Source of the DNA: Pseudomonadota bacterium
GTDB lineage: Bacteria; Myxococcota_A; Bradymonadia; UBA4248
Direction: 5' to 3'
NCBI GenBank assembly: GCA_017555665.1
Contig: JAFZFY010000190.1
Coordinates: 1 to 35,399 of the forward strand
Length of the DNA stretch: 35,399 nucleotides
Shown: positions 17,442-23,673 of the stretch, one piece after another
Numbering within the stretch: position 1 is the stretch's first letter
How the letters are laid out: the number at the start of each line of letters is the position of its first letter
Made by a program: the position numbers and the translations under genes
Notes under the pieces: generated by a model
The model's database searches: none
What the model saw: the letters and a program-made list of their open reading frames with translations, nothing else
Told to the model about the DNA's origin: nothing

Positions 17442-18335
17442 ATGCGGGTACAGACCAAAAGAAAACTGAGTGTTCCCGATCTCGAAGGGCTGACGGCGGA
17501 GAACGCATCCGTATTTCTCGAGCTCAACGGATTTCCGAAACCGGATATTCTTTACGAGGAAAGTGATGCGCCGGCAATGACGGTACTGAATCAGGATCCC
17601 CAGAAAGGTCAGATCGTGGATGCGGATACGATCGTGACGATCTATGTGTCACAGAGTTCGTTCTGCGACCTTCTTCCGGGAATCTATCGTACGTCGATTT
17701 ATGAGGGGCATACGCATCTTCGCGATTATCTCTGGATATTCCGTCACATGTTCGACAGCGTGTCGATGGAAGTGGACAATATCCCGAAGATGTTCGATCC
17801 CTATGAGACGCCGGCTAAATTTTTGCCGTGGCTTGCCGGCTGGATCGGGTTTGTCCTCGATGAGGACTGGCCGGAAGGCAAGAAGCGCTATCTGCTTCGC
17901 CGTGCGCTCGAATACTATCGGATCCGCGGTACTGTTAAAGGGCTGAAGCTGTTCTTGTCGATATTCGTGGGCGTTGAGCCTGAGATTATCGAGAATGCAT
18001 GGCCGTTTAACGGATTTCAGATCGGCGTGCACTCGACGATGGATTTTGACACGATCATTTTCCCGGTCGTGAATCTATCTCACTGCTTTATCGTGGACAT
18101 ACCTCTGGAACCGGAGGAGGTGTCCGAGTACACGATCGTGAAGATTCACGATATCATACGCGCAGAAAAGCCGGCACACACGATGTATTATCTTCGCTTC
18201 AAGGGCAAGAAAGTGGCACTCTCGGAGTTCCAGCTGCTCGTCGGCGACGAAGAGCAGGGCTATGTCATCGGTTCTGGCGAAGAGATCGTGGAACTCGGCG
18301 AAACGGAAGTCGAGCGGCTGCCGGGTGAGGAATAA
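17442..18335 (+). CDS. PASTA-domain fusion to a P2 gpI-like phage tail (baseplate) protein
   Basis: Residues ~10-68 (VPDLEGLTAENASVFLELNGF...VLNQDPQKGQIVDADTIVTIYVS) fit PASTA. The remainder (LPGIYR...YLWIFRHMFDSV...FDPYETPAKFLPWLAGWIGFVLDEDWPEGKKRYLLRRALEYYRIRGTVKGLKLFL) fits the tail-protein-I domain. AAGGAG Shine-Dalgarno. Confidence 0.8.
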   Translation: MRVQTKRKLSVPDLEGLTAENASVFLELNGFPKPDILYEESDAPAMTVLNQDPQKGQIVDADTIVTIYVSQSSFCDLLPGIYRTSIYEGHTHLRDYLWIFRHMFDSVSMEVDNIPKMFDPYETPAKFLPWLAGWIGFVLDEDWPEGKKRYLLRRALEYYRIRGTVKGLKLFLSIFVGVEPEIIENAWPFNGFQIGVHSTMDFDTIIFPVVNLSHCFIVDIPLEPEEVSEYTIVKIHDIIRAEKPAHTMYYLRFKGKKVALSEFQLLVGDEEQGYVIGSGEEIVELGETEVERLPGEE

Positions 18336-18409
18336 TCAGTTAATTGTAAGCAGAATAAGGAAACCGACTGGGACGCAGGCGTTTCAGGCTTAACGCATCA
18401 GGTGGAGAT

Positions 18410-19957
18410 ATGGCAGAAGACCAGGGATTCAAGCGAATCAATTTTTTCAAGGGATTTGTGACGACGACGAAAGACTGGAATGATGCAGAGCAGTATCACG
18501 TCGAAAAGCACAAGCTCCATAACCGCTGTTTTCACGGTGCCGGTGTCGTGCCGGGTTACCGTCAGGAAATGAAGATCAGTGCACGCGGCCGCGCGGATAT
18601 GTCCGTTGAGGTGTCACCGGGCTATGCGATCGACGGTCAGGGCAATGATATCATGCTTTATGAGACCGAGATCAAGGCGGTCAATAAGGGCGATTTCAAG
18701 CTTCCGTTGACGATCTACTTTGTCGTGAGGTACGTGGAAGAGTTCACGGATTTCATCTCCTATAAAGAGAATCTCGATTTCAAAGGCCATCGCCGTATAT
18801 TGGAGAAAGCGGTCATTGAGATTTCGATTACGGAACCGGATATTTCCCGTGAAGTCGAGATTGGCCGTGTGTATCTGACCGATGATGCCAAGAAGATCAC
18901 GGATGCAAAAGATCCGCTCGAACCGGGTCCGAACGAGATCGACCTTCGCTTTGTGCCTCGCGCGGGTGTGGTCGGCGGTTATCTGCCGATGGAACTCATC
19001 AACCGCCTGCGCAAGATCATCCGCACGCAGCGCGATATGTATTATCGCATGGCTCGCGACAAGAAGGTTTTGGCAGCCAACGGCGCGGCGCTTGGTCTGA
19101 TGACGATCGATATGTTGCTCGAATCGGGCACTGTCGGACCGCAGAACGTCATGCCGCTCCTCGGCAATATCGGCGATCTCGAATGGGATACGATCACCGA
19201 GATCGAAGCGACGAAGCCGACCATGAAGGCTATGAAAGACTTCGGGCAGTTCAAGCACTCTGTCGAGGTGTTCCGTGATCTCGTCGATGACAAGGCGTTG
19301 CTCGTCGATGAAAATGAACTCATCAACTTCAACAGCCTCGATCAGGTGATTGCGATCAAGGAAAAAGGCTCTGGCGCGCTGGCATCGATCGTCGGCGAAG
19401 AACTCGCGCCTGCCATCCTCGAAAATGGCGAGGAAGTCATTTCTCAGGAATGGAACAAGCTGAAAGAAATGAGCGGCGAGCTCCCCGAAACTGTCATGAT
19501 CGATGGTCAGGAATGGACGCTCATCGACTCGATTGATATCCTCAACAAGGAAAGCGAGCAGGAACATATGTTCCAGATCATCGAGGCTCGCGACTCTTGG
19601 CGTGCACGTCAGCGCATCCGTTATCCGGATGGCGTGACTGTCGAAGATGTCGGTATTGCGCATGAAGGCGGCTATACGACATTCGAGATTCACAATGTCA
19701 CGATCAGCCGTCCGATCATGATCCTTCGCCGTATGGACTATGCTCGCGGCGATTTCGAGATCGAATACAGTGCAAACGAAGTGCGCATCGGTGTTTCCCA
19801 GTGCGTCGGCTCCGACAAGCGCTTCCGCTGGCGTAACTGGCCGTTCCTTGTGCCGGCTGAATTCGTCACCTCGGAAGTCGTCAAGATCACGCAGAAAGCA
19901 CTCACTGCTGCGCGTGATATCAATATGTACCACTTCTGGTTCTATCAGGCACTTTAA
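18410..19957 (+). CDS. Hypothetical 515-aa protein; candidate peripheral baseplate, TssK-like or receptor-binding component
   Basis: GGTGGAG Shine-Dalgarno and normal amino-acid composition, whereas the 439-aa antisense ORF has shadow-ORF composition. It sits immediately after W-J-I. I recognise no family with confidence. Confidence 0.7.
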   Translation: MAEDQGFKRINFFKGFVTTTKDWNDAEQYHVEKHKLHNRCFHGAGVVPGYRQEMKISARGRADMSVEVSPGYAIDGQGNDIMLYETEIKAVNKGDFKLPLTIYFVVRYVEEFTDFISYKENLDFKGHRRILEKAVIEISITEPDISREVEIGRVYLTDDAKKITDAKDPLEPGPNEIDLRFVPRAGVVGGYLPMELINRLRKIIRTQRDMYYRMARDKKVLAANGAALGLMTIDMLLESGTVGPQNVMPLLGNIGDLEWDTITEIEATKPTMKAMKDFGQFKHSVEVFRDLVDDKALLVDENELINFNSLDQVIAIKEKGSGALASIVGEELAPAILENGEEVISQEWNKLKEMSGELPETVMIDGQEWTLIDSIDILNKESEQEHMFQIIEARDSWRARQRIRYPDGVTVEDVGIAHEGGYTTFEIHNVTISRPIMILRRMDYARGDFEIEYSANEVRIGVSQCVGSDKRFRWRNWPFLVPAEFVTSEVVKITQKALTAARDINMYHFWFYQAL

Positions 19958-19982
19958 TCATCAGTTCGGCATGAGGCCGGCA

Positions 19983-20066
19983 AGAGGGGGTAGTCGGCGT
20001 ATTGCCCGGCACGTGACGTATGTCGCTGCCGGGCAATAGCCGCGCAGGGGGAGACTTCCCCCCTCC
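19983..20066 (+). repeat. Compound REP-like element, copy 2
   Basis: GAGGGGGTAGTCGGCgTAT-TGCCCGGCA...TGCCGGGCA-ATAGCCGCGCAGGGGGAgacTTCCCCCCT. It lies between the 515-aa gene and the next ORF. Confidence 0.75.
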
Positions 20067-20081
20067 ATATTGGAGAAAATT

Positions 20082-20354
20082 ATGGACGATAAAGAACGTT
20101 ACGAAATATTTAAAAAATTCCAGGGACGCTGTCATTACTGCGGTACACGCCTGAAATGGGAAGCCTTCGAAGTACGTGGGCTTTCCGGTGGCTGGGTCAT
20201 CGAAGATCAGGACGATGGCTCTAAACAGGCATTATGCTATAAGTGTTTGGAATTCCCGCAGCGTGGAAAAACAGCGCATCGCCTGACGATCAATGAAGAA
20301 CAGCGCCCGACAGGTGCTGGCTTGGGCGAAACCCCGGTCTCAAACGAACAATAA
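20082..20354 (+). CDS. Small Zn-ribbon protein (90 aa)
   Basis: CHYCG...38 aa...CYKC. TGGAGA Shine-Dalgarno upstream of ATG 20082; the track start at 20070 is TTG. It looks like an HNH finger but lacks the catalytic His. Confidence 0.55.
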   Translation: MDDKERYEIFKKFQGRCHYCGTRLKWEAFEVRGLSGGWVIEDQDDGSKQALCYKCLEFPQRGKTAHRLTINEEQRPTGAGLGETPVSNEQ

Positions 20355-20364
20355 GGAGGATTTC

Positions 20365-20829
20365 ATGGGAGCAAGCAAAACCCAGGTAATGAATTTGCTT
20401 GAGCTGCGCTATGATTATCAGTCTGCACGCAATGTTCTGGTGAATTGGCGCAAGGCGGCAGGCATTAAAGAAGATGTGGATTCGCTTGACGATGTTCAGC
20501 TTCGTTGTCTGCTCGCTTATCTCAAGGATAATGCGGCTGAGGCCAAACGTGTCCATGATGCGATTGAACGCCTGATTCTTACGGATAACGGCGATGCACC
20601 GGCTGTTGAAGCGGCTCCGGCAATCGAAGCGGTTGCGGTCGAAGAAGCCCCCGCAATCGAAGCGGTTGCGGTCGAAGAAGCCCCCGTAATCGAAGCGGTT
20701 GCGGTCGAAGAAGCCCCCGCAATCGAAGCGGTTGCGACTGAAGAAGCTCCGGCTGATGCGGCTGAAGAAGCTCCGGCTGATGCGGCTCCGGCTGAAGGTG
20801 GCAAAAAGAAAAAGAATAAGAAACGTTAA
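20365..20829 (+). CDS. Hypothetical protein: helical N-domain, acidic EEAPAIEAVAV tandem repeats, C-terminal GGKKKKNKKR
   Basis: AAGGAGGA Shine-Dalgarno 5 nt upstream of ATG 20365. 33-bp in-frame tandem repeats. Followed by a clean terminator. Confidence 0.7.
   Translation: MGASKTQVMNLLELRYDYQSARNVLVNWRKAAGIKEDVDSLDDVQLRCLLAYLKDNAAEAKRVHDAIERLILTDNGDAPAVEAAPAIEAVAVEEAPAIEAVAVEEAPVIEAVAVEEAPAIEAVATEEAPADAAEEAPADAAPAEGGKKKKNKKR
20620..20745 (+). repeat. Intragenic 33-bp tandem repeat (about 3.8 copies)
   Basis: The unit gcaatcgaagcggttgcggtcgaagaagccccc repeats at 20620, 20653, 20686 and, partially, 20719. A 24-nt gaagaagctccggctgatgcggct duplication follows. Confidence 0.85.
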
Positions 20830-20898
20830 TCATCTTGCCTCCGGCAGACCTTTTTGTCTCCGGAGTGCCGCCTTTAAGTATTGCTTAAAGGCATCTTA

Positions 20899-20933
20899 GG
20901 GTGCAGGGATGACGATCTCTGCACCTTTTTTTT
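20899..20933 (+). terminator. Rho-independent terminator closing the plus-strand baseplate operon
   Basis: GGTGCAG-12 nt-CTGCACC followed by T8. Confidence 0.8.
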
Positions 20934-20957
20934 GCTCTGTTCTACAAGCGTGGATGT

Positions 20958-21051
20958 GGCTTTTCTGGACCTCATCCGCGCCCTCTCCAGTTTGGAGAGG
21001 GCGGTGGGTTCGCTTGTCGCCCATGTTTGGTGTACTCAAAGGACGGTATCT
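20958..21051 (+). repeat. About 95-nt intergenic repeat, copy E1
   Basis: Shares ggcttttc..gacctc...[hairpin]...gggttcgct...cccatgtttgg.gtac.caaggac.gtatct with 23484-23590. Hairpin CGCCCTCTCCA-gtt-TGGAGAGGGCG at 20979-21002. Confidence 0.7.
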
Positions 21052-21151
21052 GTTTTATTGCCGTGTATGTGGCAATTCCCTGACCGTTTTAGGACCCAGG
21101 ATATGCGTTAGAGGGGTGAAGCGATTGAAGGTATCATCGGAGGATATAGGC

Positions 21152-21183
21152 AAAAAAAAGCCTGTATCGCGAAGATACAGGCC
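21152..21183 (-). terminator. Rho-independent terminator of the spike gene
   Basis: The minus strand reads GGCCUGUAUC-uucgc-GAUACAGGC followed by U8, 22 nt after the stop at 21206. Confidence 0.8.
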
Positions 21184-21205
21184 TTAAAACATCAAAGATT
21201 TGATA

Positions 21206-22063
21206 TTACGGGTTGAGATCGATGGTCGAGCCCTTGAGTGTCATCTTACCAGAAGCCGTGATATCAGTGGTTGCATCGCTCTTGGAGGTGAGCTTGTTGC
21301 ATTTTATGTCGAGTGTCTTTCCAGCCTTGAAGGAGACATTCTCCTCGGCTTCGAGTTCAAAGTTTTTGCACTCCATACGGATTTTTTCTTTAGCCTTGAT
21401 AAGGATATCACCGGTATCTGTCTGGAGCGTAATTTTCTTGTTGGCGGTATCGATTTCGAGCCACTGCTGCTGATCTTTATCATAGAGGCGGATGCGCTCG
21501 CTGCCGTCTTTATCATCGATAAAGAGTTCTGCAGATTTGGCGGAGCGGACGGAGACACCACCTTCCCCGTCTTTATCGACGAAAGCGAGTGTATGTCCCA
21601 TACGGGAACGGAAGAAGCGGAAATTGTTTTCGCCGCCCTGCTGATTATTGGGGACATCAACCTCAGTCTGATCAGGCGAATAGGTAAGTTTTCTCGGAGA
21701 GTTATTGACGCCGTTCCAGAGGGAACCGACGATGATGGGTCTTCCGAAATCACCTTCCTCAAAGACGACCATGACTTCGTCATCGATTTCGGGGAGCCAA
21801 ACGCCACCCATATCGCTACCGGTCATCAGGGAGGTGATACGAGCCCAATGGCTTTGAACTTTGGATTCAGAGCCATCGGAGGTAGTTTCTTTTGAGTACT
21901 GGTCAGACAGCCACGGGAAGGAGACGCGAACGCGATAGCGATCTTCAGGATCGACATTATCCACGACTTTCGCGATCATGCCGCCCTGCATACGGGCTTC
22001 GCCCGAACGTCCCTGGTGACTCTCATTTAACATTTCGCTAATGACTTTTCCTATCGATGCCAT
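21206..22063 (-). CDS. gpV/gp5-type baseplate spike (VgrG C-terminal-half-like: OB-fold plus beta-helix), 285 aa
   Basis: GMIAKVVDNVDPEDRYRVRVSFPWL...SHWARITSLMTGSDMGGVWLPEIDDEVMVVFEEGDFGRPIIVGSLWNG is the gp5/VgrG OB-fold signature. The C-terminal alternating beta-strand repeats (ITLQTDTGDILIKAKEKIRMECKNFELEAEENVSFKAGKTLDIKCNKLT) are beta-helix-like. There is no gp27-like N-terminal half. Confidence 0.85.
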   Translation of the reverse strand: MASIGKVISEMLNESHQGRSGEARMQGGMIAKVVDNVDPEDRYRVRVSFPWLSDQYSKETTSDGSESKVQSHWARITSLMTGSDMGGVWLPEIDDEVMVVFEEGDFGRPIIVGSLWNGVNNSPRKLTYSPDQTEVDVPNNQQGGENNFRFFRSRMGHTLAFVDKDGEGGVSVRSAKSAELFIDDKDGSERIRLYDKDQQQWLEIDTANKKITLQTDTGDILIKAKEKIRMECKNFELEAEENVSFKAGKTLDIKCNKLTSKSDATTDITASGKMTLKGSTIDLNP

Positions 22064-22120
22064 AACTCAATCCCTCATGGTTTAAGAAGTTTTTAAGACA
22101 CACAACACACCGTTGGCGAT

Positions 22121-22150
22121 ATCATAGCAAGAATTATTCCGTATGGTCAA
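22121..22150 (-). promoter_or_regulatory. Candidate sigma70 promoter of the spike gene
   Basis: The minus strand reads TTGACC-18 nt-TATGAT, about 55 nt upstream of the GAGGGA Shine-Dalgarno and ATG 22063. Confidence 0.5.
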
Positions 22151-22230
22151 TATGCGAAAATCGCCTTATTTTTCAATAGAACACGGCAAGAGAGCAGTGC
22201 CCATAGACCATCGGGTGGGGTCTAAACACC

Positions 22231-23229
22231 TCAGTCAAAGTTCAGGTGAATACCCATTGCGAACCCATCCTGCATGGGGCTCAGATACGCACTCACATTG
22301 TCGACTTCGACGCGTTTTTTATCGCCGACATAGCTGAGGATAGCCAAGGTCGCACCAGTCGCGGCCGTCGCTAAGCCAACGCCGACGAATGTTCCCATCA
22401 AGGCATTACCCAGTTTCACCTTGCCATTTGCATCTGACTGCTTTTTCTCAAGCGCATCTTTTTCGGCGCTCTCTTTTCCGAGCTTTGCGATCTCGATCGA
22501 GTAGTTGATTTCATCGACCTTTGCGCTGTGTGCCATTGCCAGGAAGCCAAAGCCGCCTGCGACAAGTGCAAGACCGCCGCCGATCAGTCCCCAGTAAAGG
22601 TGAGGATTAAATTTTTCTTCCATGATATAGGTGTGTTCTTCCTTGACGACTTTTTCGACTTCGACCTGTTCGGCTTCAAAAGCGATATGGAGGCGCTGTT
22701 CTTTGCTTCCATTTACGGCCTTATGCTTGACTTCTTTTGTTTTTCCCTTGGCGTCCACAAGCTTGATGATGTGATCGCCAGGAGACATGGAATATGCGCG
22801 TTCCCAGCAAGCTGCCACACGCTCGCCATCGATCAACACATAACCGCCTGCTGGGATTTCGCAGTCAAGGTAGATCTTCTGCCACTCGCTGCAGGATGCG
22901 ATCTCATCATACGCCTTTACTGCGCGCTGATAGATCTGATTCTTTTCGGGGAGATTATACGCAACCATCACCTCGGTATAGTAATGTTGCGCCTCGGTAC
23001 ATTGATTCAACCTTTGATATGCCCTGCCTAAGGAGTAATCCACCTCAGGCCCTGCAAACTGCACGCGAAGTTCCAGATACTGCCTCAAAGCCTCACCGAG
23101 ATCGACTTTTGTCATTGCGGCCGCATCCGCCATGCGTGTCTTAAACTCTTCCATATCCTGGGCCTGGACAGTCGAGGAAAAGGCACAGAACGCGAGAACC
23201 GAATACATCAGCGGCTTAATTAATCTCAT
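22231..23229 (-). CDS. Secreted or membrane protein with a TPR-like N-region, a PEGA-like beta domain and C-terminal TM segments
   Basis: Signal peptide MRLIKPLMYSVLAFCAFSSTVQA; IPAGGYVLIDGERV...SPGDHIIKLV resembles PEGA; two hydrophobic stretches near the C-terminus; GGAGGA Shine-Dalgarno. Confidence 0.5.
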   Translation of the reverse strand: MRLIKPLMYSVLAFCAFSSTVQAQDMEEFKTRMADAAAMTKVDLGEALRQYLELRVQFAGPEVDYSLGRAYQRLNQCTEAQHYYTEVMVAYNLPEKNQIYQRAVKAYDEIASCSEWQKIYLDCEIPAGGYVLIDGERVAACWERAYSMSPGDHIIKLVDAKGKTKEVKHKAVNGSKEQRLHIAFEAEQVEVEKVVKEEHTYIMEEKFNPHLYWGLIGGGLALVAGGFGFLAMAHSAKVDEINYSIEIAKLGKESAEKDALEKKQSDANGKVKLGNALMGTFVGVGLATAATGATLAILSYVGDKKRVEVDNVSAYLSPMQDGFAMGIHLNFD

Positions 23230-23483
23230 TTATGATTCCTCCATAGTTCGCACAGCGCGCACTAAACACGGGTCTAGCATCTCACATATTCGCTTTTCTT
23301 GCAAAAAACTTATCTCATTTTCACACCATTTTTATGACGACTCGGTCTGCAGGCGTTTTCTGATATCATTTGGGAATCGTTTTGCGGGCAACCGGTGGGG
23401 GACTGAGGTGATTTGAGGCATATCGCATAGGCGTGAGGGGCGTTAAATCACTCTAGATTGAGTGGTCAAGGCCTCAAAAAATA

Positions 23484-23590
23484 GGCTTTTCCAGACCTCT
23501 CTCGGCGCGTTCGCGCCGTCCTCCCCACCGTGGGGAGGGCTTGGGTTCGCTCCCGCTCACCCATGTTTGGCGTACCCAAGGACAGTATCT
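23484..23590 (+). repeat. About 95-nt intergenic repeat, copy E2
   Basis: Homologous to 20958-21051. Its hairpin GTCCTCCCCA-ccg-TGGGGAGGGC (23518-23540) differs from E1 by paired, stem-preserving substitutions. Confidence 0.7.
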
Positions 23591-23601
23591 AGAGCATAGC
23601 C

Positions 23602-23638
23602 AAAAAAAAGACCGCATCTACCAGGTGTAGATGCGGTC
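23602..23638 (-). terminator. Rho-independent terminator of the Cys-rich lipoprotein gene
   Basis: The minus strand reads AAGACCGCAUCUAC-accugg-GUAGAUGCGGUCUU followed by U8. Confidence 0.85.
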
Positions 23639-23673
23639 TTAGGGATTATCGCGTGATAAGACGCGTATCTGGA

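Noticed and set aside
18614-19933. 439-aa minus-strand ORF antisense to the 515-aa gene. Similar long antisense ORFs occur at 7265-7867, 8300-9109, 9652-10254, 11545-12204, 12386-13057, 15765-17264, 21200-21895, 26114-26932 and 28158-29540.
   Set aside because: Their composition is skewed to R/D/L/H/F, which is typical of shadow frames opposite real GC-rich genes. They have no Shine-Dalgarno. The sense-strand partners have recognisable motifs, ribosome-binding sites and operon context.
20082-20354. Possible HNH endonuclease, suggested by CHYCG...CYKC.
   Set aside because: The catalytic His/Asn residues expected between the Cys pairs are absent, so I call it only a Zn-ribbon.
20995-21020. The GGGTTCG motif in the E1/E2 repeats resembles a tRNA T-loop, raising the possibility of a tRNA or tmRNA fragment or an att site.
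   Set aside because: No acceptor, D or anticodon arms can be drawn around it, the loop is not the canonical TTCGAAT within a 5-bp stem, and no integrase is nearby.
13788-22063. Interpretation of the module as an ordinary prophage or complete tailocin.
   Set aside because: The window contains no integrase, repressor, capsid, portal, terminase, sheath, tube, tape-measure, holin or endolysin gene. The flanks are core genes with no att duplication. I therefore report it as an orphan baseplate module.
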